From a virus (Duplodnaviria; Caudoviricetes), in IMG/VR virus record IMGVR_UViG_3300022074_000043, positions 1 through 58,031 of that record: DNA of 58,031 nucleotides; one strand, 5' to 3'. The position numbers were made by a program, and so were the translations under genes. Below, in pieces: positions 34,322 to 44,859 of this stretch. Position 1 is the stretch's first letter; each line of letters starts with the position of its first letter. The notes beneath the pieces are model-generated. The model was given only the letters and a program-made list of their open reading frames with translations. It had not been told where the DNA came from and searched no databases.

Positions 34322-35857
34322 ATGAACATAGATGAACAGTTCATGGCTGCGTTTGAAGGCTTCGGCGCGGCACATGGACAGACACAAATATCTGATGAAC
34401 GACGGGCTGGCAAACAGAAAGCCAAGTCGTACATCGTAAGGAAGCCACTAACATTAGATTTGATTCGGGCACACCTACAGGGGTTGAATGGTGTTGGATC
34501 TATTCCTATCAACGAACACAACAAGTGCAAGTTTGGCGCTCTTGATATTGACCAGTATCCTCTTGATCTGGTGGCAATAGACAAGAAGCTGCGGGGTATG
34601 GAAGTACCCTGCGTTGTATGTAGGAGTAAGTCCGGCGGTGCCCATATATTCTTTTTCTTTAGTGATTGGATTAGCGCAGGAGAGTTGCGTGACAAAGCGT
34701 CAGAGATTGCTGCCTATCTTGGATACGGTGGCTGTGAGATATTCCCAAAGCAAGAACAGATTCTTGTCGAGCGTGGCGATGTTGGTAACTTTATTAACCT
34801 TCCGTACTTTGATGCGGAACAGACTCTCCGCTACGCGATTGACGAAGATGGCGAACCCGCATCGTTAGAAAGATTCCTTGAACTTGTCAGTGCCAGATCT
34901 GTAAACCCAAATGTTTTTGTTGGTTTGACGTTTGGTGAACAGGTTGATGAGTTTGCGGAGTGGTCCCCCTGCCTGAACTGCATGTTCGGGCAGGGGATAC
35001 CTGAAGGTACGCGCAACACAGTTATGTTTGCGGCGGCAGTAGCATGTAAAAAAGAAAAGCCAGAAAGCTGGAAGCAGCGTCTGGAAGAAATCAACATGAA
35101 GTACTGCACCCCACCCTTGCCAGCTACAGAGATCGTGACGATTCAGCAGCAGCATGAAAAGAAAGAGTACGGCTTTCCGTGTGATCAAGAGCCACTGAAG
35201 TCGTTCTGCAACAAGAGTCTATGCAAGACAAAGAAGTATGGTATCGGGTCCAGCGTCACTAGCGTTGAGGTCACGGGTCTATGCGTCGTTAAGTCTGAGC
35301 CACCTGTGTGGTTCTGTGACGTAGGCGGGAAGCGTGTCGAGCTAACAACAGACGATCTACAAACACCACAGCGTTTTCAAAAGGCATGCATGGAACAAAT
35401 ACATATCATGCCACCAATGATGAAAATCGCTGACTGGCAAGTCATTGTGTCGGCAATGATGGAAGATATGAGTGAGATAGAAGTGCCGGAAGAACTGACA
35501 TACAAGGGTCAGTTCATGGATCTGCTTGAAGCGTTCTGTGACGGCAGAGTACAAGCACAGTCCGCTGAAGAGCTAGCACTGGGCAAGCCGTTCACTGATG
35601 ACGAAGAGGGCAAAACATTCTTCAAACTTGAAGCATTGATTAAGTATCTACGAAACAACAAGTTTGATAGCTACAGTCGTGGTCAGATACAGGAACGCCT
35701 GAAAGAATTAAATATTGATGGTACAGCCAATGGACAGAAAAGATTCAACACAAGCAGGGGAGACACTAAGCCTATGCGCGTGTGGTGGGTGCCATCATTC
35801 AGTACCGAGGTTCAAGTACCAAGGATCGATGTCGGGGAAAACGAGGTGCCATTCTAA
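34322..35857 (+). CDS. Archaeo-eukaryotic-type primase with PriCT-like domain
   Basis: HL.G..G.G..P......CKFGALDID, RSKSGGAH.F.F, EIFPKQ, GNFINLPYF, G.RN..MF. Confidence 0.8.
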   Translation: MNIDEQFMAAFEGFGAAHGQTQISDERRAGKQKAKSYIVRKPLTLDLIRAHLQGLNGVGSIPINEHNKCKFGALDIDQYPLDLVAIDKKLRGMEVPCVVCRSKSGGAHIFFFFSDWISAGELRDKASEIAAYLGYGGCEIFPKQEQILVERGDVGNFINLPYFDAEQTLRYAIDEDGEPASLERFLELVSARSVNPNVFVGLTFGEQVDEFAEWSPCLNCMFGQGIPEGTRNTVMFAAAVACKKEKPESWKQRLEEINMKYCTPPLPATEIVTIQQQHEKKEYGFPCDQEPLKSFCNKSLCKTKKYGIGSSVTSVEVTGLCVVKSEPPVWFCDVGGKRVELTTDDLQTPQRFQKACMEQIHIMPPMMKIADWQVIVSAMMEDMSEIEVPEELTYKGQFMDLLEAFCDGRVQAQSAEELALGKPFTDDEEGKTFFKLEALIKYLRNNKFDSYSRGQIQERLKELNIDGTANGQKRFNTSRGDTKPMRVWWVPSFSTEVQVPRIDVGENEVPF

Positions 35858-37371
35858 TGGAAACTACAATCTTCGGACCACCCGGCACGGGTAAGACAAC
35901 CAGACTTATATCAATCGTGGAAGACGAACTGTCTCGCGGCACACCACCAGACAGGATTGCATTCGTTTCGTTTAGCCGGAAGGCCGCAGAAGAAGCGCGT
36001 AACCGTGCGGCAGAAAAGCTGAACATGGATGCAGAACAGATGGTGTGGTTTCGCACACTACACTCACTGGCCTTTAATTCGCTGGGACTGAATAGTCAGA
36101 AGGTGTTGAAGGATGCAGACTACACAAAGATAGGAAAGTATCTAGGGCTGGAGTTTTCTTCCAATTCGTCTGTAAAAATGTCTGACGGCATATTGTTTAC
36201 ACCGGGGCGTAGCGGTGATGCCTACTTGTCATTAGTTCAAATGGCGCGTGTCACAGGCAGAACATTAGAACAGCAGTTTTCTGTTACAGCAGACCGCAGG
36301 TTGCATTACCAGCAATTGAAGTTGGTGGATCAGGTATTGCGTGACTACAAAAAAGAAACAGGCAAGCTAGATTTTGTTGACATGATCGATGAGTTTGTAG
36401 CCGAGGGCCAAGGTCCGACGTTAGATGTCTTGATTGTAGACGAAGCACAGGACCTTGTACCTATGCAGTGGCGCATGGTTCACGATGTCCTAAAGAAAAA
36501 GGCCAAGCGTATTTATTACGCAGGCGATGATGATCAGTGCATTTATTCTTGGATGGGTGTGGACGTGGGAGACTTCTTGCAGTCGTCAGAAAATAAAATA
36601 GTATTGGATAAGTCATACAGGCTTCCCACGGCAGTGTATGACTTAGCAGATTCTCTTGTAAAACAAATAGATATACGACAGAAAAAAGTGTGGTCACCGA
36701 CCGATAAAACCGGGACAGTTGTCTGGCATCGTGATATCCTAGATGTGGACATTACAACTGGTGAGTGGCTAATCCTTGCTCGTACAAACTTTATCGCCAA
36801 CAGAATCGCAAATGACCTTAGAGAACAAGGGTTCCTGTATTGGCGCGAAGGATCCGGTTGGTCCATTTCCCCCAATGTGTTAACTGGTATTGAGGTATGG
36901 CTTAGACTATGCAAGAACAATCATTTGTCCGCAGCGGAACTGAAGAGTTTATCAACCCAATTAAATTCAACTGTTATCACAAAAGCTGGCAGAAAAAAAC
37001 TTGCAACCCTAGACCCCGAAGTAACCTACACGCTAACAGATATAAAGAACCTGTGCGAACTGAGTGCGACATCACAGATGCCGTGGCACGAAGTGTTGAA
37101 AGTGTCGGACAAGGAGCGGATCTACATTACTTCTGTACGGCGGATGGGCGAGTCTATCTTATCGGGCAAGCCGAGGATTCGGATATCGACGATTCACAAA
37201 GCCAAAGGTGGCGAGGCGGATAACGTCGCCCTACTTCTAGATTCATCACGAGCATGCGCTGAAAGCACCGATCAGGCGTCTGAGATACGGACGTTCTACG
37301 TCGGGCTTACTCGTGCCAAAAAAGCGCTACATATAGTCGAGTCACAATCACAGTATGGGTTTCAGTTATGA
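35857..37371 (+). CDS. UvrD/Rep-like SF1 helicase
   Basis: GPPGTGKT, SFSRKAA, TLHS, VDEAQD, AGDDDQ.IY, STIH.AKGGEAD, FYVG.TRAK; start revised to METTIF. Confidence 0.9.
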   Translation: METTIFGPPGTGKTTRLISIVEDELSRGTPPDRIAFVSFSRKAAEEARNRAAEKLNMDAEQMVWFRTLHSLAFNSLGLNSQKVLKDADYTKIGKYLGLEFSSNSSVKMSDGILFTPGRSGDAYLSLVQMARVTGRTLEQQFSVTADRRLHYQQLKLVDQVLRDYKKETGKLDFVDMIDEFVAEGQGPTLDVLIVDEAQDLVPMQWRMVHDVLKKKAKRIYYAGDDDQCIYSWMGVDVGDFLQSSENKIVLDKSYRLPTAVYDLADSLVKQIDIRQKKVWSPTDKTGTVVWHRDILDVDITTGEWLILARTNFIANRIANDLREQGFLYWREGSGWSISPNVLTGIEVWLRLCKNNHLSAAELKSLSTQLNSTVITKAGRKKLATLDPEVTYTLTDIKNLCELSATSQMPWHEVLKVSDKERIYITSVRRMGESILSGKPRIRISTIHKAKGGEADNVALLLDSSRACAESTDQASEIRTFYVGLTRAKKALHIVESQSQYGFQL

Positions 37372-37649
37372 AAAGATCAGAAGTATTAGATACAGCTAAA
37401 GGTTACGTCACGCAGGATCGTGCGGCACAGCACGGTGACATGGAAGACAACTTTAAAAACATTGAAACCGTGTGGTATTGGTGGGATAGCATCAAGCCTG
37501 ACGATCTTCCGGTTGGTGCGGACTGTGCCGTAAAAATGACATTGTTGAAGATAGCTCGTATAGCATCGAACCCATATCATGCGGACAACTGGGTAGATGC
37601 TTGTGGATATTTAGCGTGTGGGGGTGAGGTGTCAACTGATGAAAGCTGA
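37368..37649 (+). CDS. DUF6378-like protein
   Basis: L..A...V..DR...HG....NF..I...W...M.LLKIAR......DNWVD..GY. Confidence 0.7.
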   Translation: MKRSEVLDTAKGYVTQDRAAQHGDMEDNFKNIETVWYWWDSIKPDDLPVGADCAVKMTLLKIARIASNPYHADNWVDACGYLACGGEVSTDES

Positions 37650-39510
37650 TCTGTTTGACTTTGAGGATACATGGGTTCCGCCATCGTCGTTCCCTGATCT
37701 AACTAACTGTGACCGCATAGCAATTGATTTGGAAACATGTGATCCAAACCTGACACGGCTCGGTCCCGGCTGGTGCCGTGATGACGGGTACGTTATAGGC
37801 TACGCTGTGGCGGCTGGTGACTTTGTGGGCTACTTCCCTGTACGCCACAAGTCGGGCAACCTGCCTGAGAAGCTGGTAGTAAACTGGCTGAAGAAGCAGT
37901 TAGCTACACCCAAAATTGAGAAGGTCATGCACAACTCTATGTATGACTTGGGCTGGCTACGTTGGGCAGGGATAGAGGTCCAAGGTCCGGTAATCGACAC
38001 CATGATAGCCGCGCCGCTGCTGAACGAGAACCGCCTGTTCTACAACCTGAACTCTTTGTCTAAAGAATATCTGGGTGAAACAAAAAACGAAAAGATGCTA
38101 CGCGCTGCGGCGGAAATGTATGGTGTAGATGCTAAGAGCGGCATGTGGCAGCTAGACTCCAGCTTTGTAGGCAGGTACGCGGAGCAGGACGCTGCTGTAA
38201 CCCTGCGCCTGTGGGACAGGTTGCGTATCGACATTGTGGCAGAAGAGTGTTCATCCATCTTCAAGCTTGAGTCGTCGCTGTTACCTGTGCTGCTAGACAT
38301 AAAGCAGCGCGGTGTTCGGGTAGACACAGATAAAGCGGAGCAAGTCAAAAAGGAATTGCTGTCAAGAGAGAAGACACTACTTAAAGAAATAAAGGAAGAG
38401 ACCGGAGTCACCGTCGAGCCGTGGGTGGCTACATCTGTGGCAAAGGCGTTTGATGCCCTTGGGCTTAAATATCATAGGACAGAAAAGACTGACGCCCCCG
38501 CCTTTACAAAACAGTTTTTGGCGAATCACGAGCATCCAATAGCTAAAAAGATTGTACGTCTTCGTGAGTTTAACAAAGCTAACACCACGTTTGTGGAGAC
38601 TATTCTTGAGCATTCGCATAATGGTCGCATACATTGTGATTTTAACCCTCTTCGTTCAGATGAAGGGGGCACAGTTACAGGACGATTTTCTTCGTCCAAC
38701 CCCAACCTTCAACAGATCCCGGCGCGTGACCCGGAAATAAAAGCAATGATTCGTGGTCTATTTATACCAGAAGAAGGTCACAAGTGGGGAAGTTTTGACT
38801 ACGCATCACAAGAACCGCGCTGGCTGGCACACTACTGTGCACAGATCAAAGGTGCAAACAGATCACCAGAGATAGACGAAGTCGTTGAAATGTACAAGTC
38901 CGGTAATGCTGACTTCCACCAGATGGTGGCAGACATGGCAGGCATTAGCCGCAAGGAAGCAAAGACAGTTAACCTTGGTATCATGTACGGCATGGGGCGT
39001 AAGAAACTGGCTGGTGTGTTAGACGTAACTGAAGATGAGGCCAAGAGTCTGCTGAATAAGTATCACGAGCATGTGCCGTTTGTGAAAGGCATTGCCGACA
39101 TGACAATGAATCACGCTGGGGACAAGGGCAGCATCCGTACAATACTGGGGCGTAAGTGTCGATTTGACAGGTGGGAGCCAAGGTCGTTTGGTTTCCACAA
39201 AGCACTACCACTAGAAGAAGCCGTCGAAGTATACGGCGGTAGGGGCATGATCAAACGTGCGTTTACATACAAGGCGCTGAACAAACTAATCCAAGGTTCA
39301 AGTGCCGACCAAACAAAGAAGGCGATGGTAGATTGTTACAACGAAGGACTGTGTCCTATACTTACAGTGCATGATGAGTTATGCTTTAACATTGAATCCA
39401 AAGAACAGGCGGACAAAGTTGTAGAAATTATGACAACGTGCATACCTGACCTAAATGTGCCCTTTGAAGTTGACACAGCTATTGTAGACAACTGGGGGCA
39501 GGTAGAATGA
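37639..39510 (+). CDS. polA: DNA polymerase family A with 3'-5' exonuclease
   Basis: ExoI IAIDLET, ExoII HN..YDL, ExoIII YAEQDA; TGRFSS.NPNLQQIP, DYASQEPR, AKTVNLGIMYG, VHDE. Confidence 0.95.
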   Translation: MKADLFDFEDTWVPPSSFPDLTNCDRIAIDLETCDPNLTRLGPGWCRDDGYVIGYAVAAGDFVGYFPVRHKSGNLPEKLVVNWLKKQLATPKIEKVMHNSMYDLGWLRWAGIEVQGPVIDTMIAAPLLNENRLFYNLNSLSKEYLGETKNEKMLRAAAEMYGVDAKSGMWQLDSSFVGRYAEQDAAVTLRLWDRLRIDIVAEECSSIFKLESSLLPVLLDIKQRGVRVDTDKAEQVKKELLSREKTLLKEIKEETGVTVEPWVATSVAKAFDALGLKYHRTEKTDAPAFTKQFLANHEHPIAKKIVRLREFNKANTTFVETILEHSHNGRIHCDFNPLRSDEGGTVTGRFSSSNPNLQQIPARDPEIKAMIRGLFIPEEGHKWGSFDYASQEPRWLAHYCAQIKGANRSPEIDEVVEMYKSGNADFHQMVADMAGISRKEAKTVNLGIMYGMGRKKLAGVLDVTEDEAKSLLNKYHEHVPFVKGIADMTMNHAGDKGSIRTILGRKCRFDRWEPRSFGFHKALPLEEAVEVYGGRGMIKRAFTYKALNKLIQGSSADQTKKAMVDCYNEGLCPILTVHDELCFNIESKEQADKVVEIMTTCIPDLNVPFEVDTAIVDNWGQVE

Positions 39511-39662
39511 ATTGTTGGCATTGTAAAACTGAGCTTATCTGGGGCGGTGACCACGATCTTGAAGAAGAGGATGAGTATTACTCAATGGTCACAAATCTTC
39601 ACTGCCCAACCTGTGAGTCACATGTAGAGGTGTACTACCCAAAGGAAAAAGAAAATGTTTGA
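39507..39662 (+). CDS. Small Zn-finger protein (51 aa, not in ORF track)
   Basis: MNCWHCKTELIWGGDHD...TNLHCPTC.S.VEVY.P; ATGA overlap with polA. Confidence 0.7.
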   Translation: MNCWHCKTELIWGGDHDLEEEDEYYSMVTNLHCPTCESHVEVYYPKEKENV

Positions 39663-39864
39663 AGCGATGGTGTTAGTCTGCATGATGGGCAATCTGCAAG
39701 ATTGTTTTGTGGCTGATGATACACGCGGCCCATACAAGACTATAAATCAGTGTATTGATAGAACCACTGAGATGGCAGCGCAGCTAGTTACGATAAATGA
39801 AGATCATGTGGTTATGGGTGTGCGCTGCGATCCGGCTAAACCACCCGAAGGTTTAGAAACCTGA
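39655..39864 (+). CDS. Small four-Cys protein (DTRGPYKT family)
   Basis: MFEAMVLVC...C....DTRGPYKT...C..R...RC; paralogue of 14813-15016. Confidence 0.65.
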   Translation: MFEAMVLVCMMGNLQDCFVADDTRGPYKTINQCIDRTTEMAAQLVTINEDHVVMGVRCDPAKPPEGLET

Positions 39865-40007
39865 CAGGTTTCACCCTGACAACAGTCATCAATCACAGCC
39901 TTACAGTAGTGACACTGTCCGTGTCCGTGCACTTGAACCACTTTTAGGGGTGATTGACAGCGCGGACAGCGATTCTCAGGGACTTGAGGGTGTAATGATA
40001 CGGTCAT
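39804..40007 (-). CDS. Small Cys/His-rich Zn-binding protein
   Basis: CPRC......VHGHGQC..C....DDCCQGE. Confidence 0.55.
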   Translation of the reverse strand: MTVSLHPQVPENRCPRCQSPLKVVQVHGHGQCHYCKAVIDDCCQGETCQVSKPSGGLAGSQRTPITT

Positions 40008-40090
40008 TGTAAATTAGCTCGACGAGAATCGATGTTTTTATTTAACAATTTCAGTGATTTATTACTAAGGAAAACAAGCGTTTTATTTCC

Positions 40091-40543
40091 CTAGTTGTCT
40101 TGTGACAGGTCGCGAATCCGTTTGACCAGCCTTTTAGCCCGGTTCGGAACCTGATCATGCCACCTAGAATCGACCATTTCGTCAGCCATTCTGTGCCAAT
40201 CCCGTGCGTCACACCCAGCTTTCATGCCTTTGAACTTGGACAGACGTGGGTAGCCGAGGTTGAAGCACATGTTGGCGATGACCAACTGAGCTTCTTCTGG
40301 TAGATCGTCGAAGTCGTCGTACAGTCTGTGGCAATCTTCGATGGTGACAAGGATGTCCAGATCGAATACCTGCCGCACCCGCTCTTCTGATACAGGTGTG
40401 CCGACTGGCTGACCGTGTTCTGGGTCAGCATCTTTGATTAAATGCCCGATTCCGAAAGTTGGCAGAGCAAGATGATCTAAATATATCTCGTACTTACAAC
40501 CTTCATCGTCCGCTAATTCTTCGCGTAGCTGATCTTTGTTCAT
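40091..40543 (-). CDS. Lysozyme (T4-like, GH24)
   Basis: DEG....IY.D....PT.GIGHL catalytic E-D-T triad, NM.FNLG..RLSKF..M, DSRW..QV..RA.RL. Confidence 0.9.
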   Translation of the reverse strand: MNKDQLREELADDEGCKYEIYLDHLALPTFGIGHLIKDADPEHGQPVGTPVSEERVRQVFDLDILVTIEDCHRLYDDFDDLPEEAQLVIANMCFNLGYPRLSKFKGMKAGCDARDWHRMADEMVDSRWHDQVPNRAKRLVKRIRDLSQDN

Positions 40544-43500
40544 GCTTGCCTCAATCTCTGTGCTAGTTCCTGATCTCTCGGGTCAGGTAATGTCGTAGGA
40601 CCGATGTTCAAGGGCCGAGGTGGTTGAGCCGGGAAAGTAGCGGGGGCTGCCGAAGGGGCTGGAACAGCCCCCGCTAGTTGCGCTTCAGCAGGAGGAGTTG
40701 CCGAAGCAGCAGAACCTTGAGTGCGTGGTGTCTTTAAAAAATCGTCGCTTATAGTATCAGGTATCCGTGATCTAGCTGCATCTTGTTTAACAATTGGATT
40801 GTTATCTGTTTCCAGATCAACAGAACCACCATCAGCTTTACTTAAAAGATCTTCACCCGTCAAGGGGAGACGCATAAAATCGCGCCGTCTAGCAAAGATT
40901 TCACGCATTGGAAACTCACCACCAAACTCACGGACGTTTTTTCTTGCTTGTTTTTTGACCTCTTCAGATGGTGTAAAGGGTGTAAATATTCCACGCATCA
41001 ATTTATTTACGTTACCAACCTTGGCTTTCTTTAAAGTCTTTCGTATTTCCTGATCGCTCATGCCCAAAGTCCGCATGTCTTTTATCATCCCAAACATTCG
41101 GTTTTGTTCACGGAATAAAACCTGATTTGCTTTTTCATACACAGATAGGATGTTGTCAGGGTTTAAAGCCTGTTCCACACGAGCGGCACGGTTAAATATC
41201 TGGGCTGCACTTGATACAGACCTTTGATATTGATAGCCGCCATACTGAACAATTTTGTCTGACTTTACATCAACTTCGCGTAGACCAGTTAAGATAGATG
41301 CCACTTCTTCTTCTATCTGTCTTACGTTTCCACGCGCATCTCTGCCATCAGGTGAGAATAAAGCCGTAGCTATTCTACCCGGAACAAAGCCCACTTCGCC
41401 ACCAAGTTCTGCTTTTGCTCCAATTGTACCAGCCGTCTGCTCTATGATACCGGGCGTAAAGGCACCAAGTACATGAGCTATACTTTTCGTCCATTGTTCA
41501 TAAGTGGTATCAACTTTAAAATCACCAGAACCCTTGTTGTAGATGACAGCACCTGTTTTTGTCCTGCCGCCCCTGCCTCTTTCGGATACGTCCGCTAGTT
41601 TTTCAAACAGTATGGAGTCTTCCAGAAACGGGCTAGCTAGCTCATGTGTTACGTCAACAAGTGCGCTAGTAAGGAACTTGTCGGTGTCGTACTGGTTCAA
41701 AACACCTTCTCTGTGTGCCTTCATTATAGCTCTGGCTGGACGCATCCAATAATCGTATGGATTGGTGTAACTAAAATCTACATACCCAGTGACATAGTTC
41801 TTGTTGTCTTTGCCTTTTTTAACACTGGTAGGCACTAACGTAGAAGCGCGGCTCCAGTTTGCAACGCGGCGCTGCAATGCGTCCATCTGTTCCTGACCAA
41901 CACCAAGAGCGTACATACCGATACCTTGAACCGCTGGGCCTGCTACACCAACTGTACCCATGAAGCCCAGCAAACGACGCATGCCTATCTCTCTGATTTT
42001 AGATGCCGCTGCCTCTGCTGCTTCTGGACTAAGATTTTTAAAAGCACTGGCGCTAGTTCCTAGTTCTTTCGCCGCGTAGCTCAATGTGTTTGCACTGGTA
42101 CGAATGATTTCAGCGGGGAAGGCAATAAAGTTACCAAGCGGAGCTTTACGCAGCAGCTTAATAGCTTCTGGTACACGCTCATAGTTGGGGACAACATTCT
42201 TAACGATGTCCGCAGCATAAGAATCTAGATCATCAAAGCCCATCTGTCTGGCGTACTGTTCTGCGTTGTTAGCATCACCCATTGCGTTGATTACTTTTTG
42301 ACGTTCAAACTGAAAGTTATAAATCTTCCAAATATCGTCACCACCTTGATACCAACTTTTTGCAAGATCACTTGCGCCCTTGAGTGGCTTTACCGCAGCA
42401 TTATCAATAAGTTGACCCAGCTTATTTCTGCCTAGAGTCCGTCTGATTAGGCCCTTGTCTCTAGTAATATTGACACCCATTTCATCAATATGACCTTTTA
42501 ATGAACCACCAATACCCTCTTCAATAAGCTTGTCCATTTCTTTGATTTGAGTTTGAGTGCCTACGACACCTAGACGTTGTAGCTTGCCGTAAAAAAGTTC
42601 ACGCTGAACATCATCTAACCTGTGTATGCTAGAAAAAACTGTTTGTATTGACTCGCCAAGATTACCGCCCCTACCTAAATTACCTTGAGCCATAGCAAAG
42701 AGTGCTGATGAAGTTACGTTTCTAACCTGTGTAATAGGTGACAGAACTGTCTTAGCAAACTGCACCTGACCTTTAGCTCTAAGAAAGTTTCCATAAGACA
42801 TGCGATATAAAAAGTCGCCGGGAGTACCCCTAGCCAGTGTTAACTGAGTAAGTTCACTGTACATAGATCCACCAATTTTTTCCCCAATTCTACTGGTAAA
42901 TCCGTGTTTTGCGTATGACCCTGTTAAGGCACCGTACTGTATGTCCCCGATTTTATCTAAGTTTGTTATTTCCCCGTCCACTACGTTAGGTTTAGTGCCA
43001 AGTACCTTGTATTGTTTTTTTAGTGGACTTTTATCGGGGATAGATTTAAAGGTTTCGTCAGATATTATTTCGTCACCAACTTTAGATGGGTTGTCGGGGT
43101 CTAAAAACTGTCTAGCTAGATAGTTGTAGTATGAATCGGTAGCGCGGAAACTCGCTAGATCCGTTACTGTTGACATAAATGCATCAATGGGATCTCTTAT
43201 TTCACCCAGCACAGCACGAAGTACGGGCTGATCTAATGGCTTTTTTGTTAACATAGACGTGCGTAATCTGTCGCGTACAACTCTGTCAACGGTTCCGTCT
43301 TGAGCGTTTGGACGTGCAGGCTTTTTGTAGTTTTCAACAAACTGATCAACTATTTGCTTTGCATATTCAGGTCTGACACGAGCATTAATACCGACACCCG
43401 TTGTAAAATCATCTACATCTAGTTTACTGACGAAACGACGATACATATCCAACGCTACGTCTGGATTTTCTTCGTAAAACTTAATAGCGTTGTCGTATGA

Positions 43501-44850
43501 TTCCTTAAACAGGTCTGTCTTAAACCAGTTTGGATCTTCAAACGCAGCATAAGTGCGCCGAATGAACTGAGACAGTTGTTCGTCAATGATTTGTTTTATG
43601 TCTGGAAGAATACCGGACTGCACAAACGGCGAAGAAGCAATAGACGAAGTTAGTCTATCTATTTGTCTTCTTGCTACCAGTGCCTGCTTCTGCATAAAGT
43701 CCGGCAGAAACTGCACAAGATCTTCGTTTCTTGTGACATCTATTTCTTTACCTAGTCTAGAAGCTTCACGTTTGGCACCATCTATAAACCCCGGATCGCG
43801 AGTCAAGAACCCATAGAACAAGTTACCAACTTCTACTTTGTCAAGTCCAGAACCTTCTGTCAGTATGTTTCTAAACTCAGCGTAATCATTCTTACTGCCT
43901 TTGAATGCTTGATTAATTGATCTGTCAATTCTTTTTGCGATTCTGCTTGCTTTTGTAACCTGCTGTTCGATATCACCAACGATCTTGGATCTTTTCTCAA
44001 ATGCGTTAGCTGGCAAAAACCCACGAGAACGCAAACGCCCAAGTATTTGATCCAAAGCTTCACTCATTGGAGTGCCGCCGCTGGTTGCCTTTTGCACAAT
44101 TCTGTTTGTTGCTTCTCCGCCTTTAGCGATGATAGCGTTTAGACCTACAGTGTCGCCAAACTCAGTGGTTGCTTCGACTGCTTCTTTACCCAGAACACCA
44201 ACTGTTTTAAAAATCACAGGCAGCGATGCCGTAACACCCGCCGCTTCTGCGGCAAACTTCAACCTGTTTCCAAACCTACGGGCGGCTTCTTCTCTTCCCG
44301 ACAAGCCAATGTCTTTGCTAGTCATTGTATAACCACGGCCCACGAAGTCACCAATAGTTGTGGTGCCATCGGATGCAACCATACCATCAATAACACCTGC
44401 CGCGCCTATACCTGTAAGCGCAGTTGTTGTCCTGCTAAGATTTCTTAGTTTAGCTAGTTTAGATGCGGCACCAACGGCACCAAGACCGGGTACAGCAAAC
44501 TGTACAAGAGCCTGTGTAATCTCACCAGTCAGTCCAGTAGGGTCAATGCCAAGGTCATCTTTGAGTTGATTTTTAGCTTCTGTGACACGTCTGCTGTAGT
44601 TTGTATCGTTTATAGCATCAGGAACAAGTGCAGCAAGTTCAGCTAAACCAGAGCCAGCTTCAATCAAACCACCGACAACGCCTTCACCAAACTCTTGAAG
44701 CACACCTTCATCAGCCGGGTCTACCGGAACATCCGACCCAGATTGTCTTGGATTTTTTTCAAGATACGTCCTGATTTTAGACATAGCTTCTGCTGGAGAA
44801 GTGCCGTCTGGCAGTTCGTATTTTTGGCCTTCGTATGTAAAGACGGTCAT
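40540..44850 (-). CDS. Large internal virion/DNA ejection protein (1436 aa)
   Basis: Size, position after pilot-like genes, helical; Y..GDD.WK...F..E, AA.IV.N..PNY...P, P.GNF.AFP.EI.RT. Confidence 0.65.
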   Translation of the reverse strand: MTVFTYEGQKYELPDGTSPAEAMSKIRTYLEKNPRQSGSDVPVDPADEGVLQEFGEGVVGGLIEAGSGLAELAALVPDAINDTNYSRRVTEAKNQLKDDLGIDPTGLTGEITQALVQFAVPGLGAVGAASKLAKLRNLSRTTTALTGIGAAGVIDGMVASDGTTTIGDFVGRGYTMTSKDIGLSGREEAARRFGNRLKFAAEAAGVTASLPVIFKTVGVLGKEAVEATTEFGDTVGLNAIIAKGGEATNRIVQKATSGGTPMSEALDQILGRLRSRGFLPANAFEKRSKIVGDIEQQVTKASRIAKRIDRSINQAFKGSKNDYAEFRNILTEGSGLDKVEVGNLFYGFLTRDPGFIDGAKREASRLGKEIDVTRNEDLVQFLPDFMQKQALVARRQIDRLTSSIASSPFVQSGILPDIKQIIDEQLSQFIRRTYAAFEDPNWFKTDLFKESYDNAIKFYEENPDVALDMYRRFVSKLDVDDFTTGVGINARVRPEYAKQIVDQFVENYKKPARPNAQDGTVDRVVRDRLRTSMLTKKPLDQPVLRAVLGEIRDPIDAFMSTVTDLASFRATDSYYNYLARQFLDPDNPSKVGDEIISDETFKSIPDKSPLKKQYKVLGTKPNVVDGEITNLDKIGDIQYGALTGSYAKHGFTSRIGEKIGGSMYSELTQLTLARGTPGDFLYRMSYGNFLRAKGQVQFAKTVLSPITQVRNVTSSALFAMAQGNLGRGGNLGESIQTVFSSIHRLDDVQRELFYGKLQRLGVVGTQTQIKEMDKLIEEGIGGSLKGHIDEMGVNITRDKGLIRRTLGRNKLGQLIDNAAVKPLKGASDLAKSWYQGGDDIWKIYNFQFERQKVINAMGDANNAEQYARQMGFDDLDSYAADIVKNVVPNYERVPEAIKLLRKAPLGNFIAFPAEIIRTSANTLSYAAKELGTSASAFKNLSPEAAEAAASKIREIGMRRLLGFMGTVGVAGPAVQGIGMYALGVGQEQMDALQRRVANWSRASTLVPTSVKKGKDNKNYVTGYVDFSYTNPYDYWMRPARAIMKAHREGVLNQYDTDKFLTSALVDVTHELASPFLEDSILFEKLADVSERGRGGRTKTGAVIYNKGSGDFKVDTTYEQWTKSIAHVLGAFTPGIIEQTAGTIGAKAELGGEVGFVPGRIATALFSPDGRDARGNVRQIEEEVASILTGLREVDVKSDKIVQYGGYQYQRSVSSAAQIFNRAARVEQALNPDNILSVYEKANQVLFREQNRMFGMIKDMRTLGMSDQEIRKTLKKAKVGNVNKLMRGIFTPFTPSEEVKKQARKNVREFGGEFPMREIFARRRDFMRLPLTGEDLLSKADGGSVDLETDNNPIVKQDAARSRIPDTISDDFLKTPRTQGSAASATPPAEAQLAGAVPAPSAAPATFPAQPPRPLNIGPTTLPDPRDQELAQRLRQA

Positions 44851-44859
44851 CTAAAGCCC

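Noticed and set aside
29509-39302. Scattered GGTTCAAG copies within coding regions as a genome-wide signal
   Set aside because: They follow the coding strand on both arms and can be explained by common codon pairs; only the tandem intergenic copy near 26260 was kept
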